Part shown: positions 50,711 to 61,428 of the stretch, piece by piece | How positions within the stretch are numbered: the first letter of the stretch is position 1 | Layout: each line of letters starts with the position of its first letter | Origin: a virus | Taxonomy: Duplodnaviria; Caudoviricetes | Strand: one strand, 5' to 3' | IMG/VR virus record: IMGVR_UViG_3300038300_000071 | Coordinates: 64,001-128,000 of that record | DNA length: 64,000 nt | Program-made: the position numbers and the translations under genes | The notes under the pieces: generated by a model | Databases searched by the model: none | Told to the model about the DNA's origin: nothing | Seen by the model: the letters and a program-made list of their open reading frames with translations, nothing else

Positions 50711-51709
50711 ATGGAAAGACGTTGCAAAACTGAAAATTGCCTGATAAGGGCAAAAGGAAGAAAGAGTTTCGGTGTAGATTTTTCACATGCAACATTGATG
50801 AAAAATCCGAAACAGGAATGGAGTGGATTGAGTAGAAATAAAATTAAAGTTGCTCATGACAGAAAGTTAAATGTAGATTGGGAAAATTTTAACAATGACA
50901 ATTACCTATTCACCCATGCTACAATTGTTGCATCTGTAGACACAGACGGAACACATCAAATTAAAGCACCATGTAATGGGCTTATTAATAATAATGGTAA
51001 TGCTTGGACGAATGAAGTTATGTTAGCAACATTCAGATCGTTCGTTGGTGGAGAAAATTACTACGAGCATGTTCAAATACCAGAGTTGTCAAAGGGTAAG
51101 ATTCTAGACGCTGTAATAAAGCCTGTTAAGTATGCATCTGAAACTGGTGAACTGGCAGATGTTTATTATGTAGACATACTAGTAGCAACAAACAGAAGAC
51201 ATGACGATCTTGTAAGAAGAATCGGCAATGGAGAGTTATCCACAATGTCTATGGGATGTATTGCAAATGTATGTACATGTTCTAAATGCGGAAAAGAGTT
51301 AAAAGATAATGATAGAAACTGTCATCATTTAGATAATCAAATGAGACAAGAGTATACTGACTTTCAAGGAAACAGAAGAGTGGTTGCAGAACTATGTGGA
51401 AGAACTTACATAGATCCAATTACTAAAAAGAAAGTTGGTGATCCAGAGTCTGTTCAATTTATTGAAGCCAGTTGGGTTGAGAAACCAGCATTTAGAGGAG
51501 CAGTAATTAATCATTATGTTTCTGATGTTTCTAAAGTGGCTAAAGACATTATCGGATTCAGCGATAGAAAGCTTGAAGAAGTTGTAGAAGACCTATTTAA
51601 AATAAGAGTTGCTAATCAAGATGCAATGATTGCTTTAAGAGTTGCCCATGAAGAATTGCAGAGACGCAAGTGGGAAGCAATGGTAAACAACGTTACTAGA
51701 GAGTTCTAA
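50711..51709 (+). CDS. Probable prohead maturation protease
   Basis: NNNG, EH, GKILDA, SMGC, CSKCG zinc insert, EASWVEKPAF; lies upstream of scaffold and capsid genes. Confidence 0.7.
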   Translation: MERRCKTENCLIRAKGRKSFGVDFSHATLMKNPKQEWSGLSRNKIKVAHDRKLNVDWENFNNDNYLFTHATIVASVDTDGTHQIKAPCNGLINNNGNAWTNEVMLATFRSFVGGENYYEHVQIPELSKGKILDAVIKPVKYASETGELADVYYVDILVATNRRHDDLVRRIGNGELSTMSMGCIANVCTCSKCGKELKDNDRNCHHLDNQMRQEYTDFQGNRRVVAELCGRTYIDPITKKKVGDPESVQFIEASWVEKPAFRGAVINHYVSDVSKVAKDIIGFSDRKLEEVVEDLFKIRVANQDAMIALRVAHEELQRRKWEAMVNNVTREF

Positions 51710-51726
51710 AGATAAAGAGCTTATTA

Positions 51727-51761
51727 AAAAGATCTTAGTTTAAAAGCTAAGATCTTTTTTT
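51727..51761 (+). terminator. Intrinsic terminator
   Basis: AAAAGATCTTAG...CTAAGATCTTTTTTT. Confidence 0.8.
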
Positions 51762-51945
51762 ATTTGTATAAGAGGGTTAAAGAAATTGGTTATAACTAAG
51801 TGATATGGAAGTTTGTTTTTAATAAATTTTCTTTATTATTTTTTTTCAAGCTTATTTGAGCTTAAAATGTATGCACAATTTTTTTATATTTTTTTTATAT
51901 GTTGTAAACAACCTATTTTTTATTTAAACAATCTAGGAAATAAAA

Positions 51946-52674
51946 ATGAGAGAAAGAATGACTGCAACAAGGTCCCTTGCAGCCGAGATTAACGATTTGG
52001 AAATTCAGATCGAATCCGCAGAAAGAGACCAGATATTAGCCGAGACTGAAGGTCTAACTCAAAGAGTTATTGAGTTAGAAGCGAAGCTTGAAGAAGCTGG
52101 TCAAAATTCTGATAGTAATGATTCCAAGAATATTGGTATTGGAGATTGGGCCGAAGTTAAAACTAAAAAATCAAGTGAAATAGAGGGCATGGATAACATG
52201 AATTACATGAAAAAAATGAATTACATGAAAGACATGGGATATATGTCTGACATCGATCATGATAAAATGATGAGTTATATGAAAATGATGGACGACATGG
52301 ACATGGCTTGCACAAAGCACATGGGAAGTGAAGAAGTCGTTTCTGCTGATGAAGAAGAAGTTGTCGAAGAAGTAGAAGCATCTGCTGTTGAAGTAGAAGC
52401 TGCTGTTGAAGTAGAAGCTAAATCTGATGAAGAGCTCAACTCAGGTGATGACAAAGCACTTGAGATCGATCAAGATTTCCTAGACGACGTTGAAAAACTT
52501 CGTGGAAAAGAGGATTTGGCAGACGCCAAGTCAATGTTAGCAATCGCATCCGACCGTTTGGACAAAGTAGCAAGCTACTTGGAAGAAACAGGCAATGATA
52601 AAATGGCTTTCGCTGTTGATCAGCTTGCAGATGTAATTGATTCAAAAATCGCAAGTATGAAAGAGGAGAAATAA
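51946..52674 (+). CDS. Acidic scaffold-like head protein
   Basis: Glu-rich, with a Met-rich patch; in the head operon. Confidence 0.5.
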   Translation: MRERMTATRSLAAEINDLEIQIESAERDQILAETEGLTQRVIELEAKLEEAGQNSDSNDSKNIGIGDWAEVKTKKSSEIEGMDNMNYMKKMNYMKDMGYMSDIDHDKMMSYMKMMDDMDMACTKHMGSEEVVSADEEEVVEEVEASAVEVEAAVEVEAKSDEELNSGDDKALEIDQDFLDDVEKLRGKEDLADAKSMLAIASDRLDKVASYLEETGNDKMAFAVDQLADVIDSKIASMKEEK

Positions 52675-52676
52675 GA

Positions 52677-53741
52677 ATGAGCAGAGAAAGACTTACTCGC
52701 AGAGCTGCCGATGGATCAATTCCTTATCCAGGTATGGTTGGCAACGAAGATAGAAAGTTTAAAAAAATGGATGAATATTCAAATTTTAAACAAGAAGTAA
52801 ATCATGAACTACCTGACAATCGTACAGAGTGGGAAGATAATCCACGTGACGAAGTCGGCTTTGGTATTCCAAAAGAACAGACTGGTGTTAAAGAAAGTCT
52901 TAAGCACACTGTTGCTGGAGTAAGACAAGCCGCTTCTAAAGCTGTTAAGCTTGCTGTATTGTTACTAGGCGAAAAGGCTGATGAAGCTACTCTAGAAACT
53001 CAAGCACGTGCTTTCATGGCCATGGGTCCTGACGAGCTAGATGCAACTCTAGACCGTTTCGCTTCTACTGAGCATCTTTATGTTGCTAAAGAAGAAGTTG
53101 AAGAAGTCGAAGAAGAGAAAGAAGAAGTAAAAGAGTCTTCTGACAAACTTGCTGAACTTCAATCTGAAATTGACACTCTTCAAGCAAGCTTTGAGAAGCA
53201 AGCTGAAGAAGTTGAAGAAGAAGTTGAAGAAGTAAAAGAATCTTCTGATAAGGTTGCTGAACTTGAAGCGCAGTTAGCTTCGTTCAAAGAGTTTGCAGCT
53301 AAAGGTGAAGTTCCACCACAATTTCTTGAGAATATCAAAGAAAAGAAAGAAGAAAAAGAAGAAAAAGAATCATCTGAGACGGTTGCGGAAGAAGTTTCCG
53401 AAGAAGTTGAAGAAGAAAAAGAAGCTGGTACAATCGACCCAGAAATGGATGAGGAATCTGATAAGGATGACGACAAGATTGGATCAGTTGACAGTGGTCT
53501 CGACGTTGAACTGAATAGCGTTGTTGCAGATTATGAAAATGCTCCTGAGGGCGAAGAGACATTGGCATCAATTTTTGATGACAGTACTCCTTCTCAGGAT
53601 GATCTCAATAAATTAGCTTCTTCTAAGGAAGGTATTAAATCTCTTGGCGGACAGCCAAAAGTAGCTTCTTCTAAAGATGCTGAGAAAAATATTGGTTCAA
53701 TATGGGACGACGCACCGGACGTAAGTTCAGTGTTTCAGTAA
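52677..53741 (+). CDS. Capsid scaffold-like protein
   Basis: Glu/Lys-rich coiled coil upstream of decoration and capsid genes. Confidence 0.55.
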   Translation: MSRERLTRRAADGSIPYPGMVGNEDRKFKKMDEYSNFKQEVNHELPDNRTEWEDNPRDEVGFGIPKEQTGVKESLKHTVAGVRQAASKAVKLAVLLLGEKADEATLETQARAFMAMGPDELDATLDRFASTEHLYVAKEEVEEVEEEKEEVKESSDKLAELQSEIDTLQASFEKQAEEVEEEVEEVKESSDKVAELEAQLASFKEFAAKGEVPPQFLENIKEKKEEKEEKESSETVAEEVSEEVEEEKEAGTIDPEMDEESDKDDDKIGSVDSGLDVELNSVVADYENAPEGEETLASIFDDSTPSQDDLNKLASSKEGIKSLGGQPKVASSKDAEKNIGSIWDDAPDVSSVFQ

Positions 53742-53789
53742 TTAAACAAATAGGGATTCATTAAGAATCCCTTTAAAAGGAGAAATAAG

Positions 53790-54251
53790 ATGGCATTAAG
53801 TGTATTAATACATGGTCAGCAAAATTCTTTGCCAGTTCTTGAAGACGCAGGATTTACAAAAGTCAACGCAGGTGCTAACGCAACTGTTGGCGTAAATACT
53901 CCACTAGGCGTACTTGGCGGAACTGTAGCATCGTATTCAGCAGACTACACAGTAGGCGCAGCTGACGAAGCTTCAAACATTGCAGGATTGTTTTTAAACA
54001 ATGCAGCTGGTGCAGCTTTCGAGAATAGTCCAGCAGTTGCTTCTGGTAAGGTAACAGTTCTTAAGGGAAATGCTTCAGTAGAAGTTGACGTTTATGCAGA
54101 TGACGTAACAGGTTTGGCCGTTGGTGCAGATCTTTATTCTGATGCAGACGGATTCTTAACTGGAGTTGCAGGCAGCGGAGCAATTATCGCTGTTGTTACT
54201 AAGGTTCCTTCAGTCTCTAGCCCAACATTAGGATTAGACATGCGTATCTAA
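53790..54251 (+). CDS. Head decoration/cement protein
   Basis: Ala/Gly/Val-rich; SGKVTV, VGADLY..ADG.LT; directly precedes the capsid gene. Confidence 0.65.
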   Translation: MALSVLIHGQQNSLPVLEDAGFTKVNAGANATVGVNTPLGVLGGTVASYSADYTVGAADEASNIAGLFLNNAAGAAFENSPAVASGKVTVLKGNASVEVDVYADDVTGLAVGADLYSDADGFLTGVAGSGAIIAVVTKVPSVSSPTLGLDMRI

Positions 54252-54301
54252 TCTTCGGATTAAATTGCATGACTAACTAATTAATTAAAGGAGTTTTTAA
54301 A

Positions 54302-55162
54302 ATGGCTGTAAACAATCAGATCAAAAATGAAATAATCTCAAAGTACATCAAGACTGCCGCTGGCCGTCAGAAACTAGCTGCGTCTATGATTCAGCCTTTG
54401 AGAAGAAGAAGAGATTACACATCAATAGGTCGTAAGGCGTTTTTCGTTGAGCAACTTCCTGATGGAGCTCTTCCAATCTATGACAAAGATCCTAACATCA
54501 CTGCTTATGTAGTTGGTGAAGAAGGAATGAACATCGTTGCTGTTGCAAAACCTAAGCGTGTTCTTTTCCCTCTTTTCGAGATTGCGTCTAACCCTGAAAT
54601 CCAATTAACAGAATTGAAGCAACGTCGTTTTGACCTTGTTGAGCGTTCAGTTGATTTGGCAAAAGCTGAAATTCAAGCTGAAGAAGATCGTAAGGTTTTC
54701 GCAGTTATGGATGCACTTTCTGCTGATCCAACTAACCCTAACCCAGCGATTCCTGTTACTGGTAACTTAACTTCTAACGCTCTTGCTGATGCATTCGCTA
54801 ACATTGAAAGAACAGACATCCGTGTCGCTAATGTTTTTCTTAATGCTAAAGACTATGCTGATTTAAGAAAGTGGGACAGAGATACTCTGGACATCGAAAC
54901 TCAAGCAGTACTTCTTAAGACTGGTCTTATGGCTACTCTTTGGGGCGCTAAGCTTATCGTTTCTCGTATCGTTCCAGAAGGTAAAGTATATGTTTGTGGT
55001 GAGCCTGAGTTCTTTGGTCGTATTCCGGTACGTACTGAGCTTACAGTTCTATCTGCTGATGATCCAAAGCTTCGTAGAATTGGTTTCTCAATTTTCGAGC
55101 AGATCGGAATTGGCGCATACAACCCGTTCGCACTACAGGTACTTGACATTACACGTGTCTAA
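54302..55162 (+). CDS. Major capsid protein (HK97-like fold)
   Basis: GRQKLAASM..PLRRRRDY, LPDGALP.YD, EIASNP, IQAEED; high-expression codon bias; followed by a terminator. Confidence 0.88.
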   Translation: MAVNNQIKNEIISKYIKTAAGRQKLAASMIQPLRRRRDYTSIGRKAFFVEQLPDGALPIYDKDPNITAYVVGEEGMNIVAVAKPKRVLFPLFEIASNPEIQLTELKQRRFDLVERSVDLAKAEIQAEEDRKVFAVMDALSADPTNPNPAIPVTGNLTSNALADAFANIERTDIRVANVFLNAKDYADLRKWDRDTLDIETQAVLLKTGLMATLWGAKLIVSRIVPEGKVYVCGEPEFFGRIPVRTELTVLSADDPKLRRIGFSIFEQIGIGAYNPFALQVLDITRV

Positions 55163-55207
55163 TACCAGCGTTATTAAAGTGTTGTAGTTTGGCACTTTAG
55201 AGATTGT

Positions 55208-55243
55208 TAAAGCCCAAGAGTTTTACTCTTGGGCTTTTTTTTT
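55208..55243 (+). terminator. Intrinsic terminator after the capsid gene
   Basis: AAAGCCCAAGAGT..ACTCTTGGGC followed by a T-tract. Confidence 0.88.
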
Positions 55244-55677
55244 GCTTAAATACAATAGAGGTTCGTTAGTGATTCAAGTAGTTTGCAATAATTATTTTTT
55301 TATATTGGGCTATTTATTGGACACATGAGAGTTTCAAAAAAGGAGAAACAAATGGCATATATACAAAATCCAACTGACATCGGTCAGGGTCAGAGAGAAA
55401 GAGCAGAGTTCGACAGTGGAGTTCCTGTTTTCCAAGATGGTAAGACGAGATCAGTACAGGCTGGCGATGGTGGAGCTGCTCCAAGAACATCGCATGAAGT
55501 TGGATCTTATTACAGTAATGCGGGCGTAGCAATGCCTTTTAACGATAAGCCGGGTATAGATTTTTCGGGTCTTATTGGAAAAGCGTAAGTTGAAGTAATG
55601 CATGGTGGCCTTTCAAAGGGCCATTGTGTAGATGGGCAGCACCGAAAAAGTAACAAGTAACATTACTAGGGGTCGTT

Positions 55678-56151
55678 GTGATTAAGGATAAATTGAAAGG
55701 CTTTTGTAGAAAAGTATTCAGATGGGGATGGTATATTTTTGCCTCTTGGTTGTTAGTGCAGATATGTATGTATATGAATACATACATTGACTTTGCGGTA
55801 AGAGAGTTGAGAATATTTAAGTATGATATATTGGTGTCAATGTTTGGGGCCGTTATTGTCGCTCCTCTGGTGGAAGAGTATACTAAGAGGCTTGCCTCGA
55901 AGGGTAGATTCTTATACGTGTATGCAGTTTTATTTGGATTCTTTGAATTGGCTGTATATGTGTCAATGGGAGCTCCTTGGGTGATGCGTCTTCCTGTTGT
56001 CTTTGTTCATCTCTTCTTCGCATCTGTTCATCATTATTTTGAAAGAAAGTCAAAAGAAGAAGGTAATAAATATATAAGTTGGATTGGATTCCTTCTTGCA
56101 GTTTTATTTCATGCCACTTACAATTTTATGGTAAGTTTAGGCAGTATGTAA
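55678..56151 (+). CDS. PrsW-like glutamic intramembrane protease
   Basis: APLVEEYTK, FGFFE, VH and AVLFHATYN motifs within hydrophobic helices. Confidence 0.7.
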   Translation: MIKDKLKGFCRKVFRWGWYIFASWLLVQICMYMNTYIDFAVRELRIFKYDILVSMFGAVIVAPLVEEYTKRLASKGRFLYVYAVLFGFFELAVYVSMGAPWVMRLPVVFVHLFFASVHHYFERKSKEEGNKYISWIGFLLAVLFHATYNFMVSLGSM

Positions 56152-56668
56152 AAATTATAAATTAAATGGAGTGTTTAAAATGGCACGAAAGAAAAATACG
56201 GAAAAGAGTGAAAGCGCAGCAAAGTCTAAAGCGGCTTCAAGTAAAGAAGTTTTGAAGAATGGGCTGGTAAGCATTGAAAGTGATTCGAAGAAAGAATTAT
56301 CAGATTTGAAGAAAGAGCTGTCAGATCTTAAGAAGTCTAACATAGAGATGAAATCTAAATTGGATTCTCAGAAGAAGGAGTCTGATGGGATTGACTCATT
56401 GAAGGAGTCAAACAAAAAACTTACATCTGTTTATAATAACGCCAAGACGAGAATTTCCAAGCTTGAAGAGGTTGAAGCTCACAGTAAAGTTTTAGAGAAA
56501 GAAATTGAAGACCTTAAAAGTAAGAGCAAGCATGGCGGCTCTGAAACGCCAGTGGCTTCCAGTTTTAATGGTGTAGTTGAGGCTCATGGAGATCACATTA
56601 GTAGATTCGGAAGTGATCAAATAGGCAGAGCTTGATTTGATTGAATAAATTGACTCCAGTGCCAAAAG

Positions 56669-56908
56669 CATACTGGAGTTTTTTTATGTCTTTATCTTTT
56701 AGATTAACCCAGTGATCGAATGGGTTGGCAATGACGAATCATGGGATTGCCTTTCTAATTCGTATTATCAGGTTTAAAGTCCAACTCCAGTATATTATAA
56801 ATAATAATTTTATATTTAGTTATTTATAATAAGACATACTGGAGTTTTTTTATGTCTTTATTTTTTAGATTAACCCAGTGCTCGAATGGGTTGGCAATGA
56901 CGAATCAT
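56669..56908 (+). repeat. Two ~74-bp direct repeats (56669-56742, 56835-56908)
   Basis: CATACTGGAGTTTTTTTATGTCTTTAT...AGATTAACCCAGTG(A/C)TCGAATGGGTTGGCAATGACGAATCAT present twice. Confidence 0.9.
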
Positions 56909-56979
56909 TCTGATTTGGACTTTGTTGGGGTTAACGTTCGTATCCCCGAAGAGTAAAAAACGTAAAAAAGGAATATAAA

Positions 56980-57762
56980 ATGGCAGCAAGTACAACAGCA
57001 AACTGGTGGCAGTATAGCAGATGGTTATATGCTACTGGTAGAAACTTAAGAACAATGTTGTTAGATCCTAGTAACATTGCAGGAAATGCAAACGAAGCGA
57101 CTTTGAATTCTTATGTTAATGCAATCAGAGGTTTCAATAGCATCTTTTTTGACTATGGGACTAGTGCTTCATTCGACATAACAATTACTGCTTTAACTTT
57201 AGATGCAGCTGACACAATCGACATCGTTGATGTTGCAAGTGATCCTGATGTGCCTTTGGCTCAGATTGATGGATCTCAGTTGGACAACAGCACTTTAGAT
57301 ACAGCGGCATATACTTTGGCAAATCTTATTAATGCAGAAGCAGCCACGGCTGGCGCGGCATTATTCGCAATTGCTCTTCAAGATGGAAGTGGCGTATGTA
57401 CGGTGTATAGCACAATAACTGGCGTTATTGGCGATACAAACACAGTGACTATTGTCAGTGCAGGCGGAGAAATTACTCCAGCTGGTGCAGGCGTATTCTC
57501 TGGCGGCGGAACAGCTGTAAGTGGAACAAGACCTTGGCTTTCTTACTGGTATGATAAGAAGAATGCTTCATCTCAAGCTCTTAGCTGGACTTTGTGGCCA
57601 GTAGCTAATCTTCTTGAATTTGAGAAGATAATTGCTAGAGATGTTAAGAAGGTTCCAATTACCGACATTGAAGCTGCAGCAGCAGATGCTTTGTTTGCGG
57701 TGACGGGCAATTTAAGACTTGGTACAGGCGCTATCTTCGGACAAGTGAGTGGTAACGAGTAA
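56980..57762 (+). CDS. Virion structural protein
   Basis: Ala/Gly/Thr-rich; strong RBS; lies in the structural module. Confidence 0.55.
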   Translation: MAASTTANWWQYSRWLYATGRNLRTMLLDPSNIAGNANEATLNSYVNAIRGFNSIFFDYGTSASFDITITALTLDAADTIDIVDVASDPDVPLAQIDGSQLDNSTLDTAAYTLANLINAEAATAGAALFAIALQDGSGVCTVYSTITGVIGDTNTVTIVSAGGEITPAGAGVFSGGGTAVSGTRPWLSYWYDKKNASSQALSWTLWPVANLLEFEKIIARDVKKVPITDIEAAAADALFAVTGNLRLGTGAIFGQVSGNE

Positions 57763-58539
57763 ATAAGACTTAGGCGGCTCTAGGGCCGTCTAAACACCTT
57801 ATAAGCATTATGTTTATAAGTTCATTAAATGATAATATATATATGAGGAAAGAAAAATGAGTGAAGTTAAAACGGAAAAGTGGATTCTTAATAAGAGCAT
57901 GCATCTTGGATACATTAAAGATTCTTTCGCTAAGGGTGTTACAATTGAGCACTTTATCGAGGAAAAGTCTTTATTGATTGATGGTAGAAGGTTTGAAGAG
58001 ATCAGAGATTTAACGATCCTGAAGAGTCAGGCAGCAAAGAATCCTAGTGATCCTTGGGTTTTACCATTCTCAGAAGAGGCGATAGAAAAAGCTCAGGCTA
58101 CATCTGTTCCGGTTGTAAAGCCGAAGCCAGTTCAGAATGAGAAAAAGGAGATGAATGTCGTAAAGTGTGATGACGATATGATGGGTCAGATTGATATTAG
58201 CCATACGCAAATATCAAAGATTAAGAAAGAAGCAGCGGATGCTGAAGTTGCATCTGCTAAAGAGAATTTAGAAGTTGTTAGAGGCGATGAGTCTCAGCAA
58301 GAGAGAGTAGTAAGACTGGGAGAGACTATACCTGACATGCCAATCGTAAAGGATGACAGTCTGGGTGAAAGTGTATCTGGTGGAATTTCTCTTAATGCTG
58401 GAACTGTTAAGACGAAGACGGCGGAAGAGATTGAAGCTCTTAGATTGGAAGCCGAGCAAAAGGCAAGTGGAGAAAAAGTAGCACGTATGCCTGTTGTTAG
58501 TGAGGATGAAACTGATGCTTTGTTAGGGAGCAACTAAAA

Positions 58540-58803
58540 GTGACTTTTGAATATAAGTGTCAGGAAAGCGACACGGTTATAGAGCGTGATTTTACAATAG
58601 GGAAGGCTTCGAAAGAAGTCTCTTGTAGTTGTGGTTCAAGCGCAAAAAGATATTTTAGCTCTATGAATTTCCAGTTAAACGGAGGAGGATGGCCGGGTAA
58701 GTCATCTAAGTTCGACAAGGAAATGACAAAGAAAAACGAGGCGGCAGGAAAGCGAATGAGGAAGGAGCATGATCCCCCTCCCAAGCTTATCGATCAAAGA
58801 TAA
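58540..58803 (+). CDS. FmdB-like zinc-ribbon protein
   Basis: FEYKC...CSCG....R.FS...FQLNGGGW. Confidence 0.7.
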   Translation: MTFEYKCQESDTVIERDFTIGKASKEVSCSCGSSAKRYFSSMNFQLNGGGWPGKSSKFDKEMTKKNEAAGKRMRKEHDPPPKLIDQR

Positions 58804-58832
58804 AAATTAAATTAAATTAAAAGGGTAGGATT

Positions 58833-59093
58833 ATGATTGATAGTGAATATACTTTCTATAAGACTAGTGACATATACTTTTCAGCGTACTTGTGCGCTTT
58901 AGATGTGCCGCTCCACACTACTGAGTCAGAGAAGAGCAACAATGCGATGAATAAGAAGATCATATTCATTTTCAAAGTTCCTGTAAAAGATTTGGCTAGA
59001 TTGAAGGCGTCTTATTTTGGAGGATCAGGAACAGTCAAAGCGTTAAAGATGGTGCAGCAGTTGAGAAGTCTTAAGAGTATGTGCTTCACCTGA
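58833..59093 (+). CDS. DUF5659-like small protein
   Basis: YKTSDIYFSAYL...IFIF pattern. Confidence 0.5.
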   Translation: MIDSEYTFYKTSDIYFSAYLCALDVPLHTTESEKSNNAMNKKIIFIFKVPVKDLARLKASYFGGSGTVKALKMVQQLRSLKSMCFT

Positions 59094-59138
59094 TTCTTAA
59101 TGTAGTGCAAGACTGTAGAAAAAACTAAGGAGAATAAG

Positions 59139-59966
59139 ATGGCGACATATCCAGGTTCGAACATACCGATAAATGATTTAAGTAATACTAGATTGAATTC
59201 TATTATTGATAATCTTTTGACACCAAAGCTTATGGCTTTTCGTGAAATATGTATTTATGATGAAAAAGCTACTTTGATGTCAGATGGTTCTACTTGGAGA
59301 GTCACTTATTCTAATTGGTTGCCAAGATTTGATTTGGGAGTAAGGAAGAACGGACAGTCTCTGGGGCCGGGTGGTGGTTATGAGAATGTTAATTATTGCG
59401 ATGGAACACTAACCGCAGGAGCTATTGACTTTGGGCCTGATGGAAGATCGAAAGACTCTTTAGAGTTGACGTATCAGTTTGATTATTTCCCAGCAGTAGT
59501 GTTAGCTGGTTACTTGTATGCAGCGATTGAAACTGTAAACACGGGAGCGGCAGGCCCTCCTACTGATTTTGGCTTTGATTCAAACAATGAGCCTCCTGCT
59601 TATTGGGATGGAGTTTTGTCAGATCTTGCATTTGCAATGGCGATGGAAAGATTAATTTTAGATTACGATTTATGGAAGGGAAGACTAGTTTTTGCTTTAA
59701 ACCCAGGTGATGTTTATGACGGCTCTGGATCTGGTTCAAATGTAGTAAGTCAGTTGGAACTTCTGAAGAAGAATGCAGAAGAAAGAGCTCAGAATACACT
59801 AGACAATCCGAAGTTCAAGATAGGCGGGAATATAACTTCTGCTCCTACTGCTGTTTATTATTCAGCAGTAAGAGGCATTGGTGGAAGAAGTTCAGGTTGT
59901 TTGGGGCCGGGTGGCAAGGTTATCAGCGGGAAGCTTAGAGGCTTTGGAAGGAATAGACTTTTTTAA
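59139..59966 (+). CDS. Probable neck/head-tail structural protein
   Basis: Position in the module; YQFDYF..V...YL..A...VN pattern. Confidence 0.45.
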   Translation: MATYPGSNIPINDLSNTRLNSIIDNLLTPKLMAFREICIYDEKATLMSDGSTWRVTYSNWLPRFDLGVRKNGQSLGPGGGYENVNYCDGTLTAGAIDFGPDGRSKDSLELTYQFDYFPAVVLAGYLYAAIETVNTGAAGPPTDFGFDSNNEPPAYWDGVLSDLAFAMAMERLILDYDLWKGRLVFALNPGDVYDGSGSGSNVVSQLELLKKNAEERAQNTLDNPKFKIGGNITSAPTAVYYSAVRGIGGRSSGCLGPGGKVISGKLRGFGRNRLF

Positions 59967-59976
59967 GGAATGAAAA

Positions 59977-60657
59977 ATGAGTAATGAAATTAAGTATAAC
60001 TTTAGTTTAAAATATGCCAATGGCAAATTGAAGAACAGCACTGATAGCGGCAATGTATGTATTTCGCAGGACGAAGCGAAGATGATAGCCACTGTGCAGA
60101 CAATTGGATATCTGGCGCATGAAGCACTTTGTATTTGTGATTTAACTTCTGTTGGAGTTTCTACATTTTGTAATTTGGATGACACTAACAGTGTAAGTAT
60201 TGGTTCAGATGTTCCATGTACTATAGCAGCAGCCACTGGAAATATATCTATTGATGACTTTAGTTTGTTGTCTGGTGTTACTGTGACAATAGATGGAACA
60301 GATTTAGTTGAAGGAGTTGACTGGATTGCCGCTGCTGATAATGACTCAACAGCTACTTCATTGGCATCGGCAATAACGGGCATTGTAGCGTCGGTTTCTG
60401 CCGCAGCTATTACAAATTCAATAGTGATTACGGCAGTTGCTACCGGAATAGCAGGAAACAACATAACAATGGTTTCTAGTACGGCTTTGGGGATTACATT
60501 GTCTGGAGCTACATTAACAGGTGGATCTGATGGATTCGTTCCTTTTATTAAGTTGAAGCCATTGGAGCAGTATATAGTTAGGCTTGGGACAATGAATTTA
60601 TACGCATTGGCTGAAAATGCAGATGTAGATTTGCAGTTCACAATCTATGCCGACTAA
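59977..60657 (+). CDS. Structural protein with an inserted ~100-aa module
   Basis: Shares the DFSLLSG...LVEGVDWIA module with 62032-63138. Confidence 0.55.
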   Translation: MSNEIKYNFSLKYANGKLKNSTDSGNVCISQDEAKMIATVQTIGYLAHEALCICDLTSVGVSTFCNLDDTNSVSIGSDVPCTIAAATGNISIDDFSLLSGVTVTIDGTDLVEGVDWIAAADNDSTATSLASAITGIVASVSAAAITNSIVITAVATGIAGNNITMVSSTALGITLSGATLTGGSDGFVPFIKLKPLEQYIVRLGTMNLYALAENADVDLQFTIYAD

Positions 60658-60948
60658 GGGTTAAAAGAATGGATATCAATAGAGAGTTATTTGAGATTGG
60701 CAAGTTGTTAACTTCTTCTCATCTTATAAACGAGGTAAGAAGAGAAGTCAATGAAGCGGTTAGGGATCATTTTGCTATGGTTGTTGACGGTGAAGTGTCT
60801 GGTAGATCTGGATATGAGGTGGTTGTAATGAATTGCAAGGCTTCGGATCTAGAATTGGTCAAGAGAAGGATAAAAGCAAACATACCAGATGTAGAGGTTG
60901 ACAGGCTGATAGATAATGTAATTGGTATCAAGAAAAAGGATAAGTAGA

Positions 60949-61428
60949 ATGGGATCAAAATATACAGGGCAAGATTTCTACAGCGGTTCTTGGAAGGATA
61001 TTCAAAACATTGTAAGAGTGTTAAATATTGGAAGTGGAAAGCTGGCAGTAGTAACGCAGGAGTTGGTGGAGTACTATCAGGAAATGGTAGATCGCGATAT
61101 TGATTCTCAATTGACTGAAGTAGTTCATGTTCCTTTGATTTGTTATAATCAAGTAGTTCCTGATGGCACTACCAAACAGCAATACCCAGGTGCAGTGGTT
61201 AGATTAGCTCGATATTGGACAGCTGGATTATTATTGGCAAATGAATTTCAGAGCTTGGATACGAACGCTTCTGAGTCGGCAGAGAAGTATATCTTAGATG
61301 CCAAGGATGAACTGTTCAAGATGATAAGATTTAATCACAGATTGAAAGGGCAAGAATACAAAAGTAATATCAGCAGAACGATGCCTCCGGGTATGCAACC
61401 TCCTGATCTTCCTACAAAGGATTTCTAA
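60949..61428 (+). CDS. Probable head-tail connector protein
   Basis: VDRDIDSQL.....VPL...YP.AV..LA pattern reminiscent of gp6/gp36-like adaptors. Confidence 0.5.
   Translation: MGSKYTGQDFYSGSWKDIQNIVRVLNIGSGKLAVVTQELVEYYQEMVDRDIDSQLTEVVHVPLICYNQVVPDGTTKQQYPGAVVRLARYWTAGLLLANEFQSLDTNASESAEKYILDAKDELFKMIRFNHRLKGQEYKSNISRTMPPGMQPPDLPTKDF

Noticed and set aside
56669-56908. CRISPR array
   Set aside because: Only two copies, 74 bp long, 92-bp gap, and no cas genes in the window.
59892-60641. 249-aa minus-strand ORF and other minus-strand ORFs
   Set aside because: Antisense shadows of + strand genes with no recognisable motifs.
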